A stretch of DNA of 33,971 bases, taken from contig CAZDZV010000015.1 of the NCBI GenBank assembly GCA_964510025.1, positions 1 through 33,971 on the forward strand. The letters run 5' to 3'. The stretch is from an uncultured Methanosarcinales archaeon. GTDB lineage: Archaea > Nanobdellota > Nanobdellia > Woesearchaeales > DATDXC01. Positions 8,993 to 16,713 of the stretch are shown piece after piece. The notes below the pieces were generated by a model. The model saw only the letters and a program-made list of their open reading frames with translations. It was not told the DNA's origin and ran no database searches. A program made the position numbers and the translations under genes. Each line of letters starts with the position of its first letter. Within the stretch, counting starts at the first letter, position 1.

Positions 8993-9021
8993 GGCTTTGT
9001 GTAGAAAGTAGGGAAAAGCCC

Positions 9022-9057
9022 TGACTTTTTACACAGATGCTTGACTTTCTACACAGA
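9022..9057 (+). repeat. Left subterminal repeats (2 x TGACTTTyTACACAGA)
   Basis: Copies at 9022-9037 and 9042-9057 (20-bp period), inverted relative to the left TIR core TGTGTAGAAAGT. Confidence 0.9.
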
Positions 9058-10252
9058 ATAGCGGTTTTATACCGAGTTCGTGCATTTCCTGAATCACTAC
9101 ACAGATATTATGGCAGATTATCTTGCATAGCACTTCATTGACCTGTGCCTGCCAATCCTTGCTTTTTACACTATCTCCAAACTTGCTTTTTATCATCTGG
9201 ACTGTGCTTTCAGCGTTGCTTCTCTTGTGGTAATGCTCCAAATAGTCCTCGTTGTTCAGCATGAAATAGTAATACATACGCTTCCATACTGCTCCGTTGT
9301 TTCTTGCCTTGCTGTTGCTCTTAAATGGAATGAATGGTGTTGCTCCTTGCTCTGCCACAATGTCCATGTTATCCCTGCTTAAATAAGCCTTATCTGCTGA
9401 TACTTCCCTCATGTCAAAGTTTTGTGCTGTTGCCTGCACCATTTCAGGTAGTTGTGGGCAGTCATTGTCAAACTCTGTGGTTACTTTCACACCTGTTATG
9501 ATGTTGGTTTTTACTCCGTTCATAAAGTGGCATTTTACCCATCGCCTACTGCTTATTTCTCTGCCGTGCCTGAAGTTAAACCATCGCTGGAATACTGATG
9601 TGCCGAAGCCTGTGCTGTCTATTGAGAAGTCTTGCTCTACTGTTCTTAAAGGCAGGCTTGTCATTGTTACCATCTTGGCGAGTATTGGCGTTATGTCTTT
9701 TCTTTGCAAGAAATGTCCCACAGAAGCGTAGCACGGCTTGGTGCTGATGTATCCTTTCTCTTTTGCTATTGTCATATCACTCATAAACCGCCTTAATGAG
9801 TAGGTTGTGTAAACCTTCATTACGCTGTTGTATATCATGTCGCTGATTGGTAGGGTTGGTCTGCCAAATTTGTATTCTGGCTGTGGTATCTGGCTTGTGA
9901 TGTCGCCTAATAACTTCATAAATAGCAGTTTTTGATTTGTGGTTGCTTTGTCGTAGTTGCTCCAATCTTGCTTGTAGGTTTTTCTGATTGCTGTTATTCT
10001 TACATTTCCTTGATTGTCGGTTTCTCCCATGACTATGTATTCTACTGCCCAGATGTGTTTGCATTTGCATCGTCTTGTTTCGCAGTCTGGACAGGTGCAG
10101 GTGGTTTCGTTGCCGTTGTTGATTACTACATAATGTCCTCTACCGCTTTGGCTTGGGACTTTCCACCACCCTCTTTCGTTCTGCCTGATTCTTGAAGTCT
10201 GGGCTATTTGCCTGCCTCGTTCTTTTCTTGCTTGGATTTGTTCTTGTTGCAT
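9029..10252 (-). CDS. DDE transposase (IS5/IS903-like) with N-terminal SWIM zinc finger
   Basis: CTCPD-x5-CKCKH SWIM motif; FSIDSTGF, SADKAY, YHKRSNAESTVQMIK (Y-x2-R-x3-E-x6-K). AGGTGA RBS and TTTATATA TATA at 10304-10311. Confidence 0.93.
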   Translation of the reverse strand: MQQEQIQARKERGRQIAQTSRIRQNERGWWKVPSQSGRGHYVVINNGNETTCTCPDCETRRCKCKHIWAVEYIVMGETDNQGNVRITAIRKTYKQDWSNYDKATTNQKLLFMKLLGDITSQIPQPEYKFGRPTLPISDMIYNSVMKVYTTYSLRRFMSDMTIAKEKGYISTKPCYASVGHFLQRKDITPILAKMVTMTSLPLRTVEQDFSIDSTGFGTSVFQRWFNFRHGREISSRRWVKCHFMNGVKTNIITGVKVTTEFDNDCPQLPEMVQATAQNFDMREVSADKAYLSRDNMDIVAEQGATPFIPFKSNSKARNNGAVWKRMYYYFMLNNEDYLEHYHKRSNAESTVQMIKSKFGDSVKSKDWQAQVNEVLCKIICHNICVVIQEMHELGIKPLFCVESQASV

Positions 10253-10398
10253 TTTTTCTCACCTTCATAATTTATCGGACTAATAATTAGTAATACGCTG
10301 AACTATATAAATGTTACTATTTTTCGGACTATTAATTGATACTATATAGTGAACAACAGCAATATTTAAATATAAGTAGGACTTATTACTCATTTATT

Positions 10399-10638
10399 AT
10401 GGAAAAAGATAAGTCCGAAATACAAGAATTGAAGGAATTTTTAAGCGAAACCAAAGACCTTGAACCAAAAGAAGCAACTGTCATCAATGACAAAACACAA
10501 TTCTCACTTCGGATACCCAGAAAATTCGTAAGAATGTTCAACCTCAAAGGCGGAGAAAAATTTGAGTTCAAACCCGTCATGGAAGAAGGCAAACTAATAC
10601 TCACAGGCAGGCTCAAAAATGGCATTAACAAAGAGTGA
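10399..10638 (+). CDS. AbrB/MazE/SpoVT-like DNA-binding protein
   Basis: TQFSLRIPRKFVRMFNLKGGEKFEF swapped-hairpin pattern; ATG at 10399 lies ~27 bp after TTTAAATA (10365-10372). Confidence 0.7.
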   Translation: MEKDKSEIQELKEFLSETKDLEPKEATVINDKTQFSLRIPRKFVRMFNLKGGEKFEFKPVMEEGKLILTGRLKNGINKE

Positions 10639-10831
10639 GAAACTCATACTCAAAGCGATGTATCAGGAACACAGACCCATGAGCATCAGGGAAATATCCG
10701 AAAAAGCAGGTGTGTCGTGGGCGACAGTAAAAAAATACATACCGAAACTGCTCCAAAAAAAATACATAAAAACAATCAAGGACAGAAAGAGAAAATATTA
10801 TAAGTTCAATTATGAAAAGATACAGGTGTAA
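10619..10831 (+). CDS. Winged helix-turn-helix regulator
   Basis: LTKSEKLILKAM...MSIREISEKAGVSWATVKKYIPKL...YI. Confidence 0.85.
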   Translation: MALTKSEKLILKAMYQEHRPMSIREISEKAGVSWATVKKYIPKLLQKKYIKTIKDRKRKYYKFNYEKIQV

Positions 10832-10834
10832 AAG

Positions 10835-12976
10835 ATGGGAGAAGAATTAATCCAAAAGGGGTATCAAAAGCACGGAACATTTATCGGAGATTTTGAATAC
10901 TATGACATTGGAAGTTCTACACTCAACCAACTCAAGAGAAAAAAGATAATCCCTGACAAAGATTATGGTGCATATTCTTCAAGAAAGCCAGACGGATTAT
11001 TAGTTAATAGATGCAACAAGAAGCAGATTAATGTTTTGGTGACTCTTGAATACAAGAAGCCGTCAGAGTTCAGGACTGACAAACAAAAGAAAGAAGCCAC
11101 ACAACAATGCAATGATGTGTGTCAGGAAATCGGCTCAAAGATTGGAGTTATTACTGATGGTCAAACAACAATATGGATTAATCCTAACCAAAAAAATTCA
11201 GAGAACGATTATAGTGACGACAAAGGCAAGAAAAGAAGTTTCTCAATCGTCAGGAACGAGGATAAAAAAGACCTTACAGAACCGTTTATTATTCAAAAGA
11301 AATCAGAGAAAGATAAAGACAAACTTGATGATGACACAAAAAACACCCTGTTTTACATTGACAGGATTTTGTCATGCGTTACTTCTTCAAATTCAACTCT
11401 TAAAGCCACAGAGGAAGTTGACCCACTGGGGCTTGCCAGAAGTGTATGGCAGGACATCTATATCAACACAGGCAAAGACCCAACAAAATGCTTATACAAT
11501 GTTGTGGAATTATTTATTTTCAAATTTTTAAGCGACCTCAAAGTTTTGAGAAGCCCATACGACCTTAAATCATTACTGAAAATGTATGAGCAAGGCAACA
11601 CCAACAAAGAGGTGTTAAGGCATTACGCAAATGTATCAAGAAAGGAGATAGTAAGATTATTTCCAAAAGGTGATGATGGCACAAACATCATTAACGGCAC
11701 TATCTTTGTTGATTCAAGCGGTAATCCTGTTGAAAGTCAAGCAAACCTATTCAAAAACTCATTAACAAAATATGATGATTTTGGCACATTAAGAAATATT
11801 AAGAAAGAGTTTAAGACTAAACTGTTTGAAACATTCCTCAAACAGAGCCATGACAAGAGCAGGTTAGGTCAATTCCTTACACCGAGAAAGACAGTAAGAC
11901 CAATGGCAGAAATGGCAGGTGTAGAGGATTTGCCTGATGGCTCTCGGATATGCGACCCCTTTTGTGGGGTGGGTGGCTTCTTGCTTGAACCATTAAATAT
12001 CAGAACAAAATTGAAGCATAGATTTGAGCCTAAAAACGGAAAAATTAATCCAAAAATTACTATACATGGATTTGATAAGGGGACTGATGGAGAGGAAGAA
12101 AGAACTATTATTCTGGCAAAAGCAAATATGCTTATTTATATGTCTGATATTGTTGAAAAACATCCCACGCTTACAGAGGAGTTTTCAAGAATATTTAATG
12201 AAACATTCCATCTGCTCAAAGAATCCAATCTCGGAACACTCAAAAAAGTAATAACTAATGAAGAAGATAGGTATGATTTAATCCTCACAAATCCACCATA
12301 TATAACAAGCGGTGTTTCTTCAATCCGTGACGAGATAAAAGCAGAGGGAATTGAGGATTACTATACTTCGGGTGGCAAAGGTGTTGAAGGATTGGCTCTT
12401 GAATGGATTATCAGGGCTTTAAAGAAAGGAGGAAAGGCATTTGTGGTTATTCCAGACAGCATATTGAATGTTGCACAGAACAAAGGATTAAGGGAATACT
12501 TGCTTAAAGAGTGCTTCCTGAACTGCATAATCTCCCTGCCTGTAAAGACATTCTTTAACACTCCAAAAAAGACTTACATAATTGGCTTTACAAAAAAGCA
12601 GAAGGAAAGCGAAGCACAGGACTTCCCTGTTTTTACCTATCTTGTGAGCAATATCGGAGAAACCCTTGATGTGAACAGGTTTGAAGTTGAAGGAATGAGT
12701 GATATTGAAAAAGCAAAATTTTTATTTAAGAATTATAAAGGTTCTCCGACAAGTTTTGTTACTGACGACACGAGATGCAAACTGCAACCTATTGATAAAT
12801 TTAAGCCAGAGGAGTTCTGGAGTGTTGATAGGTGGTGGACAAAAGAAGAAAAAGTTGAGTTGGGTGTTGAGGAAGAAGATAAGGTTGTTGATATAGATGA
12901 GTTCAAAGATAAACTAATTGCATTTTCAACAAAATTGTCAGAATATAAAAAGATATTAGATAAAGCAGGAAAATGA
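10835..12976 (+). CDS. Fused restriction endonuclease / N6-adenine methyltransferase (BcgI-alpha-like, Type IIB/IIG)
   Basis: N-terminal KPDG...LEYK...QQC PD-(D/E)xK motif; HsdM-like GQFLTP, DPFCGVGGFL and NPPY motifs. Confidence 0.88.
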   Translation: MGEELIQKGYQKHGTFIGDFEYYDIGSSTLNQLKRKKIIPDKDYGAYSSRKPDGLLVNRCNKKQINVLVTLEYKKPSEFRTDKQKKEATQQCNDVCQEIGSKIGVITDGQTTIWINPNQKNSENDYSDDKGKKRSFSIVRNEDKKDLTEPFIIQKKSEKDKDKLDDDTKNTLFYIDRILSCVTSSNSTLKATEEVDPLGLARSVWQDIYINTGKDPTKCLYNVVELFIFKFLSDLKVLRSPYDLKSLLKMYEQGNTNKEVLRHYANVSRKEIVRLFPKGDDGTNIINGTIFVDSSGNPVESQANLFKNSLTKYDDFGTLRNIKKEFKTKLFETFLKQSHDKSRLGQFLTPRKTVRPMAEMAGVEDLPDGSRICDPFCGVGGFLLEPLNIRTKLKHRFEPKNGKINPKITIHGFDKGTDGEEERTIILAKANMLIYMSDIVEKHPTLTEEFSRIFNETFHLLKESNLGTLKKVITNEEDRYDLILTNPPYITSGVSSIRDEIKAEGIEDYYTSGGKGVEGLALEWIIRALKKGGKAFVVIPDSILNVAQNKGLREYLLKECFLNCIISLPVKTFFNTPKKTYIIGFTKKQKESEAQDFPVFTYLVSNIGETLDVNRFEVEGMSDIEKAKFLFKNYKGSPTSFVTDDTRCKLQPIDKFKPEEFWSVDRWWTKEEKVELGVEEEDKVVDIDEFKDKLIAFSTKLSEYKKILDKAGK

Positions 12977-14073
12977 AATCCAAACAAATCAGTTTATCAA
13001 ACAAAGAATATTTTAATTTGGGTATTGGAAAGAGGGTTGTAAAAAAAGACATAAAAAATTCAAAAGGGGATATTCCAATATTTAGTGCGAATGTATTTAC
13101 CCCTATTGGTTTTTCAGAAGAAAGCAATTTGAAGTCTTTTAACAACCCTCGTATCCTTTGGGGGATTGATGGCAATTTTGAGTTCAATATCAAATATGCA
13201 GGTGAAAATTTTGCATCAACAGACCATTGTGGCACTATTGAAATCTTGGATAAAAGCATCAATCCAAATTATCTTCTATATGCTTTGAACAAGATAAGAA
13301 GCCATTATGGATTTGACAGAAATCTTCGAGCTTCATTAAAAAACATGAAGACCATTGAAGTTGAACTCCCTTTAAATGATAAAGGAGAAATAGATGTGAC
13401 ACAACAAAAGAAGATAGCCAAAGTATATAACACAATCAGGGATTTAAGGAGTGAGATAGCAAATATGTATGAAGACATCAACACTTCAGAAGTTGAACTT
13501 GAAACTGACTTTAAAACAGAAGAAGTTGCACTTTCTGATAATACCTTGTTCAACATTGATAATGGCAAAAGGATAAGAAAGAAAGACATCAATAAAGCAA
13601 GAGGAGATATTCCTGTTTATAGTGCCTCAAAATACAAAACAGAGGCTCTTGGATGTGTTTCAGACAAAATAAAAGAAGTAGTGCCTGATGCAAAAAAGTT
13701 TTCGGGTAAGTTCTTGACTATTAATGCTGATGGTAGTGTTGGAAAGGTGTTTTTAAGAGAAGGTGTATTTTATGCTAATGATATCGTCAATGTTATCAAA
13801 ATATTAGACCCCAACATACTGGAAGAATATTTGCAGTATGAACTTGAAAGAGAGATTATGGCTTTGGGATATAACTCATGGTCAAACAAATTATATAAAG
13901 AAAAACTTAAATCAATCAAGGTAAAAATGCCTATCAATAAGAAAGGGGAATTTGACATAGCAAAGCAGAAGGAAATAGCCCATAAATTTGATACGATACA
14001 TGAGATAAAAGATAAGATTACCGCAGAATTTGAGGAAATAATGTCAAACTCTGTGGACATAGCGGAAATCTGA
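12973..14073 (+). CDS. Restriction-modification specificity subunit (HsdS-like, two TRDs)
   Basis: Internal duplication GKRVVKKDI..GDIPIFSA / GKRIRKKDI..GDIPVYSA and GEIDVTQQKKIA / GEFDIAKQKEIA; ATGA-coupled to the RM gene. Confidence 0.9.
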   Translation: MKSKQISLSNKEYFNLGIGKRVVKKDIKNSKGDIPIFSANVFTPIGFSEESNLKSFNNPRILWGIDGNFEFNIKYAGENFASTDHCGTIEILDKSINPNYLLYALNKIRSHYGFDRNLRASLKNMKTIEVELPLNDKGEIDVTQQKKIAKVYNTIRDLRSEIANMYEDINTSEVELETDFKTEEVALSDNTLFNIDNGKRIRKKDINKARGDIPVYSASKYKTEALGCVSDKIKEVVPDAKKFSGKFLTINADGSVGKVFLREGVFYANDIVNVIKILDPNILEEYLQYELEREIMALGYNSWSNKLYKEKLKSIKVKMPINKKGEFDIAKQKEIAHKFDTIHEIKDKITAEFEEIMSNSVDIAEI

Positions 14074-14127
14074 CTTTTTACACATTTTTCGGACTTTTTA
14101 CACAGAGGTCACTTAATACACAAAGCC
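14071..14127 (+). repeat. Right subterminal repeats plus right TIR
   Basis: GACTTTTTACACA at 14072-14084 and 14092-14104, then CACTTAATACACAAAGCC at 14110-14127, all in the same orientation. Confidence 0.9.
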
Positions 14128-14136
14128 GCTTTATCT
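14128..14136 (+). repeat. Target site duplication, right copy (GCTTTATCT)
   Basis: Identical to 8984-8992. Confidence 0.93.
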
Positions 14137-14400
14137 CGAAGACTTTGGACGTTTGAAGAAAAAATCCTTTATATCTTCGGAAAATATCATCATAATAAAA
14201 AAAATATACCCTGAAGTGAACAGTATAAGGGCTGCTATGAGCATATTGTTGTCCACTGGAGGGCTCAAAAGCACCTCTCCTGAAGCAACGCCCCTGTTTC
14301 TTACCTCAAGGCCGATCCATGCCAGGCTCAGGACAGCTGGCAAAGATAGCACAACCTTTGTGAATGTCTTTAATTTTGGCTTTATCCTGATCTTTTTCAT
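14131..14400 (-). CDS. Small two-TM membrane protein
   Basis: Two hydrophobic segments; last gene of a tightly packed 3-gene minus-strand unit; its stop codon lies inside the TSD. Confidence 0.7.
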   Translation of the reverse strand: MKKIRIKPKLKTFTKVVLSLPAVLSLAWIGLEVRNRGVASGEVLLSPPVDNNMLIAALILFTSGYIFFIMMIFSEDIKDFFFKRPKSSR

Positions 14401-14401
14401 C

Positions 14402-14821
14402 CTAACAACCTCCTACTGATTCGATTGTTATGCTCTTTTTTGCGCATAACTGGGATATCCTTGGGATTATGTTCACCTGCCTTATGCTGCCTTCAATCTT
14501 CAGGATATCCTCTTTAACATCCCCTACAGCTATATATGTCGATTCCTGTGACCTTATAATGCCTTGGTCCTTGATTATCACGATATTATATCCGCTTATG
14601 TCAACCTCTCCCTTGTTTTCCAGAATAAACCTTAGCTGATCACCTTCTGTGCATATCTGCGGCTTGTTCTCTATCTTTAACAGGTTTAGAGCCACCTGTG
14701 AACATGCATCCTGCGATATGTCTACATTTGCGCTGCCCCAGCTTATTACGACAGCGCCTAATGAGCCTGCGAAAAAGACGAGTATCAATGTGGACATAAG
14801 GGGCGAGATAGCTTTCTTCAT
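14402..14821 (-). CDS. Archaeal type IV pilin-like protein
   Basis: Class III signal peptide MKKA/ISPLMSTLILVFFA followed by a hydrophobic helix; LENKGEVDI motif. Confidence 0.8.
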   Translation of the reverse strand: MKKAISPLMSTLILVFFAGSLGAVVISWGSANVDISQDACSQVALNLLKIENKPQICTEGDQLRFILENKGEVDISGYNIVIIKDQGIIRSQESTYIAVGDVKEDILKIEGSIRQVNIIPRISQLCAKKSITIESVGGC

Positions 14822-15096
14822 TTGTATTCCTTGATCTTCTGCTCGATAAACCTATCCTCCTTTGTGGTAACGACTACATAAGGAAGCGTGCCAAGGGCAA
14901 GTATGATTATGCCTGTTATCACCAGCATTGTCAATGTCCTGGAATTGATATATCCTGATGCAAACCCAACAACCCCTACAAGCAGGAATGAGAAGTACAG
15001 CAAAAAGCTCTTATCAAGCACAGTCTTTGATTTTTCCCTGTTTATCCTGGATTTTTCTATTTCCAGATATACAACTTCCTTCTTATCCCTGGCCAT
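14818..15096 (-). CDS. Small two-TM membrane protein
   Basis: Start MARDKKEVV at 15096; two hydrophobic helices; ATGA overlap with the pilin. Confidence 0.7.
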   Translation of the reverse strand: MARDKKEVVYLEIEKSRINREKSKTVLDKSFLLYFSFLLVGVVGFASGYINSRTLTMLVITGIIILALGTLPYVVVTTKEDRFIEQKIKEYK

Positions 15097-15174
15097 AATA
15101 ATGCCTCTATTTTGGTTATATTTAAAATTTTTGTTTTGCAAATCTTTATATAGGTTCATCGCTTTTTACCAGCC

Positions 15175-15741
15175 ATGATAGTAGGCATAACAGGCGTATA
15201 CTGCTCAGGCAAGTCAACAGTCGCTGAAATGCTCAAGGACTATGGCTTCATCACGATAGATGCAGATCAGATAGGACATAGAGTTTTGGATAGGCTTAAA
15301 AGCAGGATAATCAGGCAATTTGGCAAAAGTGTCCTGACCAAGAACAAGGTAGACAGGAGAAAACTGGCAGCTGTTGTATTTAAGGATATCGAAAAGCTCA
15401 AAAAGCTCAATGCAGTAGTACATCCGGCAATAATTGATGAGATCAAGAAGATAATTAGGGATAATCCTGATGCAGATTTGGCACTGGATGCTTCGCTGCT
15501 TCTGGAATCAGGGGCCTACAGCCTGGTTGACAAGATTATCGTCGTAACGGTCAGCAGGACAAAGCTCATGAAAAGGGCAAAAAAAAGGCCCCATTCAGCA
15601 GATGAACTGGAGATTATATTCAGCTCCCAATTTAGCCAAAAAGAAAAGCTTAAATATGCTGATGCTGCTATCGATAACTCTGGAGACCTAGAGGAAACAA
15701 AGAATCAGCTAAGATTGATCCTTGCAAAATGGCAAAAGTAG
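15175..15741 (+). CDS. coaE: Dephospho-CoA kinase (bacterial-type)
   Basis: VGITG..CSGKSTV P-loop, IDADQIGH, DRRKLA..VF, LNAVVHP, LLLE, IDNSG. Confidence 0.9.
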   Translation: MIVGITGVYCSGKSTVAEMLKDYGFITIDADQIGHRVLDRLKSRIIRQFGKSVLTKNKVDRRKLAAVVFKDIEKLKKLNAVVHPAIIDEIKKIIRDNPDADLALDASLLLESGAYSLVDKIIVVTVSRTKLMKRAKKRPHSADELEIIFSSQFSQKEKLKYADAAIDNSGDLEETKNQLRLILAKWQK

Positions 15742-16205
15742 CAATATATCCCGGAAGCTTTGACCCTATCACCAACGGTCATCTGGACATTATCAAAAGA
15801 GCTTTGAAGATATTTGACGAAGTTATTGTAGCTGTTGGCGAAAATCCTGACAAAAAATACTTATTATCCCAGAAAGAGAGGGTAGATCTCATAAAAGAGG
15901 CAACCAAGGGCTTAAATGTGACTGTTAAGCATTTTAACGGCTTGATGATTGAATTTGCAAAAAATATGAAAGCAGATGCTGTTGTAAGAGGTTTAAGGGC
16001 TGTATCTGACTTTGATTATGAGTTCCAGATAGCTTTGATGAACAGGAAGCTTTGTAGGTCTATTGAGACAGTCTTTATAATGACCAGGGGCATGTATTCG
16101 TATTTAAGCGCCTCGATAGTAAAGGAAGCAGCCAGAACAGGGGCCAGCCTTAAAGGCATGGTGCCAGAAAAGGTAGAGGCAAAGCTTAAGGAGAGATTTA
16201 AGTAA
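15729..16205 (+). CDS. coaD: Pantetheine-phosphate adenylyltransferase (bacterial-type)
   Basis: IYPGSFDPITNGHLDII, VRGLRAVSDFDYE, MNRKL, ETVF. Confidence 0.96.
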   Translation: MAKVAIYPGSFDPITNGHLDIIKRALKIFDEVIVAVGENPDKKYLLSQKERVDLIKEATKGLNVTVKHFNGLMIEFAKNMKADAVVRGLRAVSDFDYEFQIALMNRKLCRSIETVFIMTRGMYSYLSASIVKEAARTGASLKGMVPEKVEAKLKERFK

Positions 16206-16288
16206 GCTTTATTATCAAAAGGTTTATATATAAGTTCTTCCAATATGTTATTACCTATCCAGAGCGATAGGTCATCGGAGGTGTTAGC

Positions 16289-16648
16289 ATGGAAAAAAAG
16301 ATAGGCAGCTACTCCTTTATAATAGGAGTGGTCATAGCTGTTATCTTAGGCTTAGGCATAGGAGCACTTCAGCCAGCAATCGATGTTCTGACATCAATCC
16401 TGGTTGTTCTAGGATTGATAGTAGGATTTCTGAACGTCGGAGGCAAGGAGCAGAAGGAATTTTTGCTCGTTTCAGTAGCGCTGGTTATAGTGGCTGGCCT
16501 AGGAGGAGCAGCTTACGCAGGGCTTGGTGAAGTGATGTATGTCGGAAGATATCTGATAGGCATCCTGAGCGGAATCCTGGCATTTGTCGTTCCGGCAACA
16601 GTTGTTGTTGCTCTGAAAATGATCAAGTCAATGGCAGAGAAGCCATAG
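16289..16648 (+). CDS. Small four-TM membrane protein
   Basis: Hydrophobic; LGLIVGFLNV..KE..EFL and FVVPA motifs; GGAGGTG RBS and TTTATATA upstream. Confidence 0.8.
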   Translation: MEKKIGSYSFIIGVVIAVILGLGIGALQPAIDVLTSILVVLGLIVGFLNVGGKEQKEFLLVSVALVIVAGLGGAAYAGLGEVMYVGRYLIGILSGILAFVVPATVVVALKMIKSMAEKP

Positions 16649-16713
16649 AATCATTTTCTTTTTTTCTTTTTTTAAAGAAAATATTTATATTGGATTGATG
16701 ATGATCCTGATTT

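Larger units (their letters stand above)
8993..14127. mobile_element. Cargo-carrying IS5-family (IS903-like) transposon, 5135 bp
   Basis: TIRs GGCTTTGTGTAGAAAGT (8993-9009) and the reverse complement of ACTTAATACACAAAGCC (14111-14127) match at 15/17. Also: 9-bp TSD, a single DDE transposase, four passenger genes, and visibly more AT-rich sequence than the flanks. Confidence 0.92.

Noticed and set aside
9022..9057. Short direct repeats as a CRISPR array
   Set aside because: The units are 13-16 bp with 4-7 bp gaps and only 2-3 copies, with no cas genes; they are explained as transposon subterminal repeats.
10399..10831. AbrB/MazE toxin-antitoxin pair
   Set aside because: The downstream partner is a winged-HTH protein, not a PIN/MazF/RelE toxin.
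10835..14073. Classical Type I R-M system
   Set aside because: There is no HsdR helicase in the element, and the nuclease motif is fused to the methyltransferase.
8993..14127. Tn7-like or CRISPR-associated transposon (TGT...ACA cores, multiple end sites)
   Set aside because: The ends start GGCTT, the TSD is 9 bp rather than 5 bp, there is no TnsC/TniQ, and the transposase is IS5/IS4-type.
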